Source: an uncultured Gammaproteobacteria bacterium (GTDB taxonomy: Bacteria; Patescibacteriota; Patescibacteriia; UBA10025; JAHIVO01). From it: a DNA stretch of 64,000 bases. The notes under the pieces are model-generated. The model was not told the DNA's origin. It saw only the letters and a program-made list of their open reading frames with translations, and searched no databases. The stretch is from the NCBI GenBank assembly GCA_964415025.1, contig CAYPXF010000001.1, forward strand, positions 78,629-142,628, written 5' to 3'. The translations under genes were made by a program, and so were the position numbers. Shown here piece after piece: positions 17,652 to 27,610 of the stretch (its first letter is position 1; every line of letters starts with the position of its first letter).

Positions 17652-19409
17652 CTATTCTTCAGGCGGTATGCCGTAATAATTCAGCATAAATTTCGTTAAA
17701 TTACCGAAGAGCGGCGCGGCAGAAGACTCGGCCCACTGCACATCACGCGGTCGATTAATCCGTACGCACATAACAAAAGCCGGATCATCTGCCGGGGCAA
17801 ACCCGCAAAACGATCCAATGGTATGGTTGGGATCATAGCCCGGGCCGTCCTCGCGCGGGACCTGGGCCGTACCCGTCTTGCCGGCCACAAAATACCCGTC
17901 CACGCCGGCCCGGCTGCCGTGGCCGCTCTGCACCACATTGACAAGCATGGCACCCAATGTGGTAGCGGTTCTCTGGGTAATCGGTTGGCCGAGCACGGCT
18001 GGTTCTGTTTTGACACGGAATCCGTCCGGCTTAACAATTTCATCAACAATATACGGCCGCATCAGCTGGCCGCCGTTGGCAATCGCGCCAAAGGCGTTGG
18101 TCATTTGCAGGAGGGTCACTGAAATACCCTGGCCAAACGAACCGGTCGCCATATACAGCTCCTTATGCGAGGCTAACGACGACACGTCGCCATTTGCTTC
18201 TGAATTCAGCTCCAGATCATAGCTCTCTCCGAAGTGGAACGCCCGAACATATTCATCGAATTTTTCCGGACCGATCTGCCGGGCGGCGAAAATAACGCCG
18301 GTGTTGAGCGACTGTTCCAGTACCTGGGTCATGGTATTAATGCCGTGGGCTTTGCCATCGAAGTTTTTGATGGTATATTTTCCGATTTCCTCACTGCCGG
18401 TGTCTTCGTACGTTGTATTCGGACTGACCGCGCCTTCATTCAGGGCCGCGGCCATGGTAATGGGTTTGAAAACCGAGCCTGGCTCATAAATATAGTAGGT
18501 TGCCGGATTAATGTACACATTAATATCTTCTACCTCGTTATATTCATTGGGATTAAAATCAGGCGATCCGCATAGTGATTTCACTGCGCCCGTCTGTGGA
18601 TCCATGATGATAACGCTGCCGCTGTCCGCGCCGTGCTGGGCCACCCACTCGTTTAGCTGTTTACACGCCTCATACTGTATCGTATGGTCGACGGTTAAAA
18701 TAAGATTGTCGCCGTCTTGTGCCTCTTCCAGCAGTTTAGTTCCAAACGTGATCCACCGGCCCTGGGCATCTTTTTCTGCCTGTAAATAACCTTCTTCACC
18801 GGCTAATTCATCATTCCAATACTCTTCGAGTCCGTACTGCCCGACCCGAACATCGTTCTGCATCCCGACAAAACCGAGCAGATGAGAGGCGATATTATTT
18901 TCCGGATAATACCGGTATAGCTGTTCTTGGAATTTTATACCGGTAAATTCCAGCTGCTTGATTTCGTTCACTACTGTTTCATCCACCTGGCGTTTAAGAG
19001 GCTCGTACAAGTCATTTTCCTTGGTCAGCCGCGGTACTAGTTCAGCTTCCTCCAGCTCCAGAAGCGGGGCCAGTGCTTTGGCTACCATTTCCGGATTTTC
19101 TACGCGTTTGGGCTCGGCATAAACTAGATAATATGATTTATTCGTGGCCAGAGGGTAGAGTGTGCCTGGTGTGGCATGGTCTCGGACCAGTATTTCACCC
19201 CGTTTGGGCAGCAGCTTTTCAGACAATCCATGCTGGTCTGCGGCGATTGCTTCATAAAACGAATGCTGGAAAATTTGGATATCGCCCAGCCGGATGGCGA
19301 TCAGCGCGGCAAATATAAAAATAACCGCACGTAATACATCAATGCGGTCGAGCCGATGCTTCGGCTGTTTGTCCTGCTGTACGCGTGATCGGACGCGCCG
19401 ACTCGTCAT
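17652..19409 (-). CDS. ftsI: class B penicillin-binding protein (FtsI-like)
   Basis: RGEI, GQYGLE, YEPGSVFK, SLN, GKTGTAQ; dcw context. Confidence 0.9.
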   Translation of the reverse strand: MTSRRVRSRVQQDKQPKHRLDRIDVLRAVIFIFAALIAIRLGDIQIFQHSFYEAIAADQHGLSEKLLPKRGEILVRDHATPGTLYPLATNKSYYLVYAEPKRVENPEMVAKALAPLLELEEAELVPRLTKENDLYEPLKRQVDETVVNEIKQLEFTGIKFQEQLYRYYPENNIASHLLGFVGMQNDVRVGQYGLEEYWNDELAGEEGYLQAEKDAQGRWITFGTKLLEEAQDGDNLILTVDHTIQYEACKQLNEWVAQHGADSGSVIIMDPQTGAVKSLCGSPDFNPNEYNEVEDINVYINPATYYIYEPGSVFKPITMAAALNEGAVSPNTTYEDTGSEEIGKYTIKNFDGKAHGINTMTQVLEQSLNTGVIFAARQIGPEKFDEYVRAFHFGESYDLELNSEANGDVSSLASHKELYMATGSFGQGISVTLLQMTNAFGAIANGGQLMRPYIVDEIVKPDGFRVKTEPAVLGQPITQRTATTLGAMLVNVVQSGHGSRAGVDGYFVAGKTGTAQVPREDGPGYDPNHTIGSFCGFAPADDPAFVMCVRINRPRDVQWAESSAAPLFGNLTKFMLNYYGIPPEE

Positions 19410-19468
19410 AATATCTCAAGTGTTATCTACTTATTTTGAAAGTATACCAAAATATTACTGTATGTAAA

Positions 19469-19828
19469 CTACCGTACGGCCATAGCGGTATCGGCCGGGA
19501 CAATGTATTCCACGTCATTTGCTGCCACCATGTCCATATCTGCGGTGGCCTGTTCGATTACTGACAATGACTTAAGCTGGGCCGCCTGGAGTTCGAGCTG
19601 TTTATTTGCTTTTTCTAATGCGGTAATTTTATTTTCATATCCCTTGATATCAAATCCGCCGGTCGCCGTCTGGTTCACGAAAAATAAATAAGAAAAGCCG
19701 GCGAACACAATCAGGCATAATAAGACAATACTGAGGCTGATGCGGCTGACAGTAATGCGTTCTTTGATTTTTGTGTTGAGCTTGCTTGATTTGGCAGTAG
19801 TATACTGCTGGGACATGAATTTGGTCAT
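19469..19828 (-). CDS. FtsL-like cell division protein
   Basis: Single TM plus coiled coil, between rsmH and ftsI. Confidence 0.7.
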   Translation of the reverse strand: MTKFMSQQYTTAKSSKLNTKIKERITVSRISLSIVLLCLIVFAGFSYLFFVNQTATGGFDIKGYENKITALEKANKQLELQAAQLKSLSVIEQATADMDMVAANDVEYIVPADTAMAVR

Positions 19829-19853
19829 GATTGGTTTTAGGTTTTATGTTTGG

Positions 19854-20813
19854 TTATATTTTTTCCGCTACGCGCAGTTTGGCGCTGCGGCTGCGTGGAT
19901 TAGTTTTTATTTCCTGCTCACCGGGCGTGATCGGTTTTTTCGTGATGACCCGTACAGTAGCCTGATGCCGGCAGCGGCATACTGGTATGTCCGGCGGGCA
20001 GACGCACTCCTGCGCCTGTTCTCGGAAATACCGCTTCACGATCCTGTCCTCCAGCGAGTGGAAACTGATGACTGCGATACGTCTACCGGGTGAAAGAACA
20101 TCGATCATGTCTGGCAAAGACTGCTGCAGTATGTTCAGTTCATCATTGACGGCGATGCGCAGTGCCTGAAATGTTTTTGTCGCCGGGTGAATACCGCCGA
20201 TCCACGGAACTTCTTTCGTGCTGCCGAGTACTTCCCGGTAGGCCAGGAGTATGGCCTGGACGAGCCTTTTTGTTTTTGTTATAGGTGCCTGTCGGCGGGC
20301 CACAATTATCTGATTTGTTATGGCGCGCGCCAGACGAGACTTTTCTTGACCATACTCCTGGATTATTTGGGTTAGCTTTATGTCAGGCCAGGTATTGACA
20401 ATATCTGCTGCGGTCAGCTCCTGGTGGACATCAAACCGCATATCAAGCGGTGCATCAGCTATCTGGAAAGAAAATCCTCGATCCGTATCTTCGAGCTCAA
20501 ATGATGATAAACCAAGGTCAAGTAAAATACCGCTAATTTTATTGCTAGAAAACTGTTCATTGTATATTTTTTTTATAGTATGGAAACTGCCGTGGGCAAG
20601 GGTAGCTCGATCCTGGAATTGGGACAGTCGACGCTGACTTTTCTGAAGCGCGACCTGGTCCCGGTCAATACCCAGCAGTTTTCCGTCCGGTGCCGTGTGC
20701 TTGAGTATAGTCTCGGCGTGTCCCCCGCCGCCGAGCGTACCGTCTATAAAATGCTGGCCTGGTTGGGGCTGTAATAATTCGATAACTTCGTTTAAAAGTA
20801 CCGGTGCATGCAT
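19854..20813 (-). CDS. rsmH: 16S rRNA m4C1402 methyltransferase
   Basis: HAPVLL, DGTLGGGGH, FQALRIAVNDEL, SFHSLEDR, NPRSRSAKLR. Confidence 0.97.
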   Translation of the reverse strand: MHAPVLLNEVIELLQPQPGQHFIDGTLGGGGHAETILKHTAPDGKLLGIDRDQVALQKSQRRLSQFQDRATLAHGSFHTIKKIYNEQFSSNKISGILLDLGLSSFELEDTDRGFSFQIADAPLDMRFDVHQELTAADIVNTWPDIKLTQIIQEYGQEKSRLARAITNQIIVARRQAPITKTKRLVQAILLAYREVLGSTKEVPWIGGIHPATKTFQALRIAVNDELNILQQSLPDMIDVLSPGRRIAVISFHSLEDRIVKRYFREQAQECVCPPDIPVCRCRHQATVRVITKKPITPGEQEIKTNPRSRSAKLRVAEKI

Positions 20814-20946
20814 AGATTAAATCCAAAAATTCGAATTTCGAAGCACGAAACAAACTCTAAATTATAAATTCAAATTTCTAAATTCGTGCTTATGGTGACC
20901 ATTTTGTCGAAGAACACTGCCAATAATATAAGATCAAAAACAACAA

Positions 20947-21378
20947 CTAAACCCCTAGGTCATCTAACGCCTCGGCAATATCACTTCCCTTTTTCTCCGT
21001 ACTGGTCTTATATTTATTCCAGGCGGCTTCATCCCAGATTTCCAGACGGTTATATAATCCAGCGATAACTGTTTTCTTTTTAATAGTGGCGTACGTGCGT
21101 AAATACTCCGGCACAATAATGCGGCCCTGCTTGTCTATTTCGCAATCCATAGCGCCGGCTAGCATCAGACGGGCAAAGGCACGGGTGTTAGCCTTGGAAA
21201 TAGGCAGCTTGGATAACTTTTCAGCGAGCGCTTCCCAATCCTTTTGCGGATACAAGAACAAACAGTTGTCCAGTCCCCTGGTCACTACTGCTCCCTTTGC
21301 CAGTTCATTACGAAATTTAACCGGAACAGCCAGTCTGCCTTTGCTGTCTATAGAATGATGGTACTCGCCGATGAACAT
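20947..21378 (-). CDS. mraZ: division/cell wall cluster transcriptional repressor
   Basis: MFIGEY, DSKGR, DKQGRI, RLEIW. Confidence 0.97.
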   Translation of the reverse strand: MFIGEYHHSIDSKGRLAVPVKFRNELAKGAVVTRGLDNCLFLYPQKDWEALAEKLSKLPISKANTRAFARLMLAGAMDCEIDKQGRIIVPEYLRTYATIKKKTVIAGLYNRLEIWDEAAWNKYKTSTEKKGSDIAEALDDLGV

Positions 21379-21422
21379 TTGTTTGAATAAAAAATAGTCG
21401 CTAAAGTAGAGCAAAGGGGTGT

Positions 21423-21510
21423 TTATCCACAGTTAGCCTGACTTATCCCCACATTTATCCACTTTTATACCCTTCTACTCCATTTTACACCACTTTCTGG
21501 GAAAAGTCAA
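21423..21510 (-). promoter_or_regulatory. mraZ promoter with ~10-bp periodic GTGG repeats (probable MraZ operator)
   Basis: TTGACT-N17-TAAAAT; GTGG/ATGG/AGGG/GTGG/GTGG series; TGTGGATAA at 21423-21431. Confidence 0.7.
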
Positions 21511-21638
21511 TCATGCCAATCCAAAAAACGCGTCTCCCCAGTTAATTTACCTACTAGGTAATAAATATGTCTATTCGTCAAATAAAAAACCGGACTACAG
21601 TCATAGCAGTCCGGTCAAAGTACGTGAGGGGTTGTGGG

Positions 21639-21947
21639 TCAGGTGAGCTGAGCAACAGCACCCAGAATGGCGCTGGTATGGATAGGCACTTCCTGTTCGT
21701 TAGGATGATATAGTTCACCACGCAATGGCAATGGCATCATGCCGGATCCTGAATTCAGCTGGTCATCACGGTTTATAATTGCCCGCAGTAGGTTATTCCA
21801 TTGGTCCGGCTTTACCACCAGTTCAATAGCTTTTACCGCCTGATTTGGGTCAGGGAAATCTACGGGAAATACCGGGTCACGCTTATTACCGGCGTGCTTT
21901 CTGAGCAAAACGCCCAATACTTCAATCCTATCAGGGTCTATCCCCAT
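21639..21947 (-). CDS. hypothetical protein
   Basis: SD GAAAGGAG; downstream terminator ACCGGACT/AGTCCGGT at ~21584-21615. Confidence 0.65.
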   Translation of the reverse strand: MGIDPDRIEVLGVLLRKHAGNKRDPVFPVDFPDPNQAVKAIELVVKPDQWNNLLRAIINRDDQLNSGSGMMPLPLRGELYHPNEQEVPIHTSAILGAVAQLT

Positions 21948-22107
21948 ATACCATCTCCTTTCATTGCACAAAGAGCTTATGATCTATTTTTATTAAATAT
22001 TACCATACATGGCTAAGCAGACTGTGGATAAGTATTATTATAATACGTTTGACCTACAGCACCCATCATATATAATGATGGTTAAGAGGGATAAAGGTCG
22101 ACACATT

Positions 22108-22151
22108 AATCAACTAAGGGAATTACCTAAATCAACTAAGGGAATTACCTA
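22108..22151 (+). repeat. perfect 22-bp tandem duplication
   Basis: AATCAACTAAGGGAATTACCTA x2, ending on the A of the start codon. Confidence 0.95.
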
Positions 22152-22387
22152 TGATTAAGAAAACGATACTTTTCGCTGTTATTACCATCCTTGTACTGAC
22201 AGGGGCGTTATTTTTAGTATTTAATACATCTGATCAAGCCGCAGCCAAAGCCGGCTTCAGAGATGAGCCAATTGAATGCTATTGGGAGTGCGTCGAATAT
22301 GATTTCGATGGCAATTGTGTCACTGAAGTAGAACGCTGCTGGGGACTAACCGGTGAAGTACGCATGGGCGGGGTGAATGTACGATAA
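22151..22387 (+). CDS. small secreted Cys-rich protein (78 aa)
   Basis: Signal peptide, four Cys; own promoter (TTGACC..TATAAT 22049-22076) and terminator (22406-22436). Confidence 0.75.
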   Translation: MIKKTILFAVITILVLTGALFLVFNTSDQAAAKAGFRDEPIECYWECVEYDFDGNCVTEVERCWGLTGEVRMGGVNVR

Positions 22388-22536
22388 TAGTCTGAATATT
22401 GCAGTAAAAAACCTCCTCCTCCATGAGGAGGTTTTATGTTGACAAACTGTCGGATATTAAGTACGATGCTATATTGGCTTATTGAGCCATATAGTAGACG
22501 AAAGATCATTCACAATTACATACACAGAGGTGAAAC

Positions 22537-24018
22537 ATGCAGAATCTTTTCATACTGATCGTTATTGTGGCTGTGCTGCTGCTTGTCTCATGTGCTGGTT
22601 TTGTGCAAACCGGCACTGGTAGAAACGAGGATTCGCGTAAAAATTTGTACAGCAGAAGTCTTAGTTCGCTTCCGGCTGAGCAGCGTACGGCCTGGAAAGA
22701 ACTAAAAGAGTTCATGCGTATTGTCGACGACAGTACGTACAAACAGCTCGAACGTTTATCCGTTACTGAGGAAGCGGGTGAAATCGACAGTTTGGTCAAT
22801 GCGTTTTACAAACGCAAGGATCTGCAGTACAATCCTGAAACACCGGACACAAACGAGTGGCTCGGCGAGATGAAAAAAAGGATTGCCTACTGCAATGAAC
22901 ATTACGCCGGACCGGGGGTTATCGGCCGTCACTGGGACCCGCGGGCCAGAGCCACGTTGCTGCTCGGCATTCCGTTTATGGAGACTGAATTTGAATCATT
23001 CTGCGTCGGCCTGACCACCACCAGCAAAACCAAGTATTGTATGATTTACAAGCAGGAATTTGTTGACGGAACAACTTTTTACTACCAGGGACGGATCAGT
23101 GATCTGCATCCGGATAAAATGATTCCATTCAAGGAGCACGGAGCAGTGACCATAGACGACTTTTTAAGACAGAAAAGTTATACTGAATGGAAAGTCGGCC
23201 GTTTACAGGAACCGGAATTCAGCAACTTTCCTGACGGAAAAGAGCTGGAAATGGGGATCAGATTGTTCAGCTGTCCAGACACAACCGGTAATTTCGGTTT
23301 CTGGACTATTAGCGGTGTGTCGCTGAAAAAACTGCATCCGGACAGCGCAAATCAGCTCCGTTTCCATAGTGAAGTGGCCGTTTATACGGCCGGAAGAGAT
23401 CCGCAACTGGTATGCCAGTATAAAAGTCCGGTGTACACGCTGCCCGGCCATTTAGCTGACAACGGTAATGCAGTCTTTCCCATCCATCTCGGACGTATGC
23501 TGCCACCCGGCTACTACACGGCGTCTGTGTCGCTTTTCGAAGAGGGTACGGACAACAAAGCCGTATACTCGCTTGATGTTCAGCTGCCCTCCCAGTATGC
23601 TACCAACGGTTTCAGTGATCTACTGCTACTCCGTGACATCACGGACAAGCCGAAGAAAAACAGGATACGCCGATATGGCAGATCGATCCTGGCTGATGTG
23701 AATCTGGTATTCCAGCGCGGCGATACGATTCATACGTATTTCGACGCTATACTCCCCCGTGAAAATCTTAATTTTTCAGTGGTGGCAGTATTACACCGAA
23801 TTCCGAAGATGATCAATACACGTATCAGGCGAGACGACATTGATGGTACTATCATTTTCAATGAAAGATTCCGATCGCCAAATCAGCTTTTCCAGTTCGG
23901 CCAAAGCCTGGAAATACCCCGGAAAATTAAAACCGGGGATTATTTCCTGGCCCTCTTCATCCGTGATGTAAACCAGCAGGAATACGGCTACTGCTATACG
24001 CAGATCAAAATCGAGTAA
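22537..24018 (+). CDS. GWxTD-domain-like lipoprotein
   Basis: LVSC lipobox; FYKRKD..NPETPDTNEW..KRIAYCNEHY..WDPRARATLLLGIP. Confidence 0.7.
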   Translation: MQNLFILIVIVAVLLLVSCAGFVQTGTGRNEDSRKNLYSRSLSSLPAEQRTAWKELKEFMRIVDDSTYKQLERLSVTEEAGEIDSLVNAFYKRKDLQYNPETPDTNEWLGEMKKRIAYCNEHYAGPGVIGRHWDPRARATLLLGIPFMETEFESFCVGLTTTSKTKYCMIYKQEFVDGTTFYYQGRISDLHPDKMIPFKEHGAVTIDDFLRQKSYTEWKVGRLQEPEFSNFPDGKELEMGIRLFSCPDTTGNFGFWTISGVSLKKLHPDSANQLRFHSEVAVYTAGRDPQLVCQYKSPVYTLPGHLADNGNAVFPIHLGRMLPPGYYTASVSLFEEGTDNKAVYSLDVQLPSQYATNGFSDLLLLRDITDKPKKNRIRRYGRSILADVNLVFQRGDTIHTYFDAILPRENLNFSVVAVLHRIPKMINTRIRRDDIDGTIIFNERFRSPNQLFQFGQSLEIPRKIKTGDYFLALFIRDVNQQEYGYCYTQIKIE

Positions 24019-24039
24019 TTGTCCATTCGCACCTTCTAC

Positions 24040-24071
24040 ACCCGCATTTCGCCAGAAGTGCGGGGTTTTTT
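24040..24071 (+). terminator. intrinsic terminator
   Basis: CCCGCATTTC/GAAGTGCGGG + T6. Confidence 0.75.
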
Positions 24072-24090
24072 ATCTGTGGATAAGTAGGTA

Positions 24091-24119
24091 TTGACCTTCG
24101 GTTTTTGTTCGGTTATCCT
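24091..24119 (+). promoter_or_regulatory. sigma70 promoter with a putative LexA box in the spacer
   Basis: TTGACC-[TTCGGTTTTTGTTCGG]T-TATCCT; identical 16-mer upstream of dinB. Confidence 0.75.
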
Positions 24120-24131
24120 TACAGTACTGTA

Positions 24132-24920
24132 TTATCCCCTTTTTATAGGCCAGGCTACCAGACTGATAATGCTCATTATAATCAAGCTAAGCGCGGCAAA
24201 AATTACTCCATAAGTCAGGAATCCGGCTGCTAAATAAATCGGATGTGTCAGCCACTCAATAATGGTCCAGGTAATCGGTATCTGCAACCATTGATCAAGT
24301 ACATATATGAGGTAAAACAATGCCGCCACACCAAACAAGCCGTAATACGTATATTTTAAGTCAGCGCGTGACGGAGCGGCATGTGAGCTCAAGGACAGCA
24401 TCAGAAAAATAAAGACATAGGTCTGCCATAGACCAAAATCAAACCGGCTGAATAAATCAGCTATATATGACCAGTACTGATTAAAATATGATCCCGTAAA
24501 GGCGAAGAAATTTTCCCAGCTGCTGAAATCGGCTGCTGCAGACTGGACCGCTGATACTTGTACCGCATACAGATCAGGCCACAGCCATTTGGTCAGCAGC
24601 CAGATAACCGCAGTTACGCCAAACAACGGTGCAATAGAAATAATAATATTTTTTATGGGGTTATGTGTCCGGGCATGCTGGACATAACCCAGCGTGGTAC
24701 CGGACGGCGCGAATAAGCGCACCTTATGCACCCGAGTAAAGGTAATAACACAGCCGACCAGATGCGACAACTCATGGATAATAACACCGGGCCACATGGT
24801 CGCCAAATACCAGCCCCTGCCCAGCCGCTTCAATACTAATCTATCCACCATCTGGGATAAAGCGTACAGAATCAGTATCTGTATGAGTAGCGGTAAAAAT
24901 AAATTAAGAATTGCTACCAT
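24132..24920 (-). CDS. integral membrane protein, M50-like HExxH metallopeptidase
   Basis: PGVIIHELSH, LGYVQH, SIAP, APSRAD. Confidence 0.75.
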   Translation of the reverse strand: MVAILNLFLPLLIQILILYALSQMVDRLVLKRLGRGWYLATMWPGVIIHELSHLVGCVITFTRVHKVRLFAPSGTTLGYVQHARTHNPIKNIIISIAPLFGVTAVIWLLTKWLWPDLYAVQVSAVQSAAADFSSWENFFAFTGSYFNQYWSYIADLFSRFDFGLWQTYVFIFLMLSLSSHAAPSRADLKYTYYGLFGVAALFYLIYVLDQWLQIPITWTIIEWLTHPIYLAAGFLTYGVIFAALSLIIMSIISLVAWPIKRG

Positions 24921-24958
24921 ATATATAACAGTATAGCGTAATAATTAAAAACAAAACA

Positions 24959-25576
24959 ATGACCACTATTCTGCCAAAAAAGAAACAGCAAATTCTCCAA
25001 TATTTGAAGGACTATATATCTGACCACGGCTATGCGCCCACGCTGACCGAAATTGCCCAGGAGTTTAATGTCTCCTCCCTAGCAACGGTACATGAACATT
25101 TACAGTTTTTGGAAAAACATAATTTTATCCAGCGAGATAAAGATCAAGCCCGCGGCATTACTATTCCCGAACTAGAACAGGAACAAACCGATGCCAATGC
25201 CGTGTCAGTGCCTGTGGTCGGCCTTATTACAGCCGGTGAACCCATCGAAGCTATCGAAAACCGAGATATGGAACTACCAGTACCAAAAGAGTTAGTCAAT
25301 GATAAGAATGCATACGTACTGAAAGTCAGCGGCGATTCCATGATAGAGTCCCTGATTGCGGACGGCGACTACGTCATCTGTGAAAAAACCGACTACGCCA
25401 AAAACGGCGATACGGTCGTAGCCCTGCTCGAGGACGGATCGGCCACACTGAAAAAATTCTTCAAGACTAAAAGCTACATCAGACTGCAGCCGGCCAATAA
25501 GAAATATAAACCACGGTACGAGAAAAACGTGATAGTCCAGGGTCGCGTGCTGGGTATTATCCGTAAGTTTGGGTAA
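24959..25576 (+). CDS. lexA: SOS repressor LexA
   Basis: GYAPTLTEIA HTH, AG cleavage site, VSGDSM, ATLK. Confidence 0.97.
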   Translation: MTTILPKKKQQILQYLKDYISDHGYAPTLTEIAQEFNVSSLATVHEHLQFLEKHNFIQRDKDQARGITIPELEQEQTDANAVSVPVVGLITAGEPIEAIENRDMELPVPKELVNDKNAYVLKVSGDSMIESLIADGDYVICEKTDYAKNGDTVVALLEDGSATLKKFFKTKSYIRLQPANKKYKPRYEKNVIVQGRVLGIIRKFG

Positions 25577-25713
25577 GAGTGGCCTTTTTTTCTAGTTCGC
25601 TGTAATCATTTCATCCCTGCTGGCATAGTAATGTTTATCTTGCCTTTTCTCAAGGTATATTACATTATCATAAGCAAATAAATAGTGCTGGTCAAAAAAT
25701 TTTACATTCTATA

Positions 25714-25729
25714 TTCGGTTTTTGTTCGG
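25714..25729 (+). promoter_or_regulatory. putative LexA box upstream of dinB
   Basis: TTCGG-N6-TTCGG direct repeat. Confidence 0.75.
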
Positions 25730-25950
25730 CTTTAGATTAAAAAAACGAACCCTGTATTGATCAGCCCTTTTATCCCTTGCCCTATCGCTCCTATAACACA
25801 TATAAACCTGTAGCTCATATAGCACTTCTCAACCTATAAAAACTATAGCCCCTAATTAACTTTTTATCCTCACTCTTATCATTTTTAAGACCTAATCCCC
25901 TTTATCCCTTGTGTGGCCCTCTAACACTTTTAATTCCTCTTAATAACCAT

Positions 25951-27174
25951 ATGCCAAAAAAATCTTCTCCTACTAAAACAATCATGCACGTCGATCTGGA
26001 CGCGTTCTTTGCATCGGTCGAAGAAGCACTTGATCCGGCCCTGCGCAATAAGCCAGTGATAATCGGCGGCAATCCTAAAACACGCGGCGTAGTCGCCTGT
26101 CCCAATTACACGGCCCGAAACCGTGGCGTCAAAACGGCCATGCCCCTGTACCAGGCATATCGTCTGGCTCCGGATGCTGTCTTTCTCCAGGGATCATACC
26201 AGCGATACCAGGAATTTTCAGAACAGTTTTTCCGCATACTAAACCGGTATACTGATACCATCGAGCCTTTATCTTTAGATGAAGCGTTTATTGATCTGAC
26301 CGGATTTGATGACCACTATATTTCACCGGAACAGGCGGCTCATAGTATTCGTCAGGATATCCAGCGTGAACTCGAAATCACGGCGTCTGTCGGCATTGCC
26401 AGTAACAAGGTCACGGCTAAAGTTGCTAGCGAAACAAAAAAACCAAACGCAGTTGTCTACGTACCGCGCGGTAAGGAAGCGGTATTTCTGGCTCCCCTGC
26501 CTATCCGCCAGCTGCCGGGTATTGGCCCGCGGACTGCTGCATACCTGGGCCGAGAACACATCACCACAATCGGAGAGCTGGCATCACTATCTGCAAACAA
26601 AATTATCCATCTGTTTGGCCAGCAGGGATATAGGCTATGGCAGCTCGCCAACGGTCAGGATGACAGTGAAGTTACCGCGCCGGGTAAAGCAAAATCAATC
26701 TCCCGTTCTACGACCTTTCCCTTTGATACTGCTGATACGGCACTTATCAAATCCACGATGTTCTTCCTCCTCGAACAGATATGCAAAACATTACGTGACC
26801 GTGATGCATATGGTCACACACTAGTAGTTAAAATCCGCACACATGATTTCACTACCCGGACTAAACAATGCCGTTTAGCGCAGGGAACTAATCAATCTTA
26901 CGATTGTTATCGTCCTGCTGTCGCGCTGCTTCAGGATATACTCACCCATTCTAGCGATATCCGGCTAGTAGGGGTGGCCATGCATGATTTAGAATCTCAT
27001 ACGCACCAGACCACGCTGTTTGATAACTCCTTTACCAAACTGAAGCAGATCCAGCAGGCAGTGGATACTATCAGGAACCGTTTCGGTTTTACTGCTATGC
27101 ACTCCGGCCGGACTATCAAATATGCCGACGTATATCGGACTAAGCATTTCGCCCGGGATACCGCCTACGCATAA
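25951..27174 (+). CDS. dinB: DNA polymerase IV
   Basis: HVDLDAFFASVE, LSLDEAFID, AKVASETKKP, LPGIG. Confidence 0.95.
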   Translation: MPKKSSPTKTIMHVDLDAFFASVEEALDPALRNKPVIIGGNPKTRGVVACPNYTARNRGVKTAMPLYQAYRLAPDAVFLQGSYQRYQEFSEQFFRILNRYTDTIEPLSLDEAFIDLTGFDDHYISPEQAAHSIRQDIQRELEITASVGIASNKVTAKVASETKKPNAVVYVPRGKEAVFLAPLPIRQLPGIGPRTAAYLGREHITTIGELASLSANKIIHLFGQQGYRLWQLANGQDDSEVTAPGKAKSISRSTTFPFDTADTALIKSTMFFLLEQICKTLRDRDAYGHTLVVKIRTHDFTTRTKQCRLAQGTNQSYDCYRPAVALLQDILTHSSDIRLVGVAMHDLESHTHQTTLFDNSFTKLKQIQQAVDTIRNRFGFTAMHSGRTIKYADVYRTKHFARDTAYA

Positions 27175-27178
27175 AGCG

Positions 27179-27604
27179 CTATGCGATTTTCCGTCTTTTC
27201 GGCCTGGTAATATGCGGCTCGCGTCCGTACACTGGCTCGAGCAACTGGTAACCGCTTTTTTTCTTCAGTGCGCGGGCACCGTTCTGGGCGATAATTTTAG
27301 TCGTTATGTCATCACGCTTGCTAAAACCAATTGACGGGATTGTCAGCGCGTATGACAACGTATTTGCGGTAAGGATACCAATACGCAATGACGTGAAATT
27401 GCCCGGTCCCAGCACACATATGATGCCCTTAATATTACTAATGTCCCTCCCCTTTTCCTGGAGCAGGTCATCAATGGCTGGCAATAACTTCTCTTCATGT
27501 TTTTTACGGCTGGCAATTGTTTTGTCGTCAGTTATCTTGCCCGCGCCGGAAACAATACCAATATAAAACTCCTCCTTACGGCTGGTATCTATGAGTAAAT
27601 ACAT
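27179..27604 (-). CDS. tsaB: t6A biosynthesis protein TsaB (short form)
   Basis: LLIDTS, HEEKLLPAI, GPGNFTSLRIG, PVYGREPHIT. Confidence 0.9.
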   Translation of the reverse strand: MYLLIDTSRKEEFYIGIVSGAGKITDDKTIASRKKHEEKLLPAIDDLLQEKGRDISNIKGIICVLGPGNFTSLRIGILTANTLSYALTIPSIGFSKRDDITTKIIAQNGARALKKKSGYQLLEPVYGREPHITRPKRRKIA

Positions 27605-27610
27605 ACGAGG

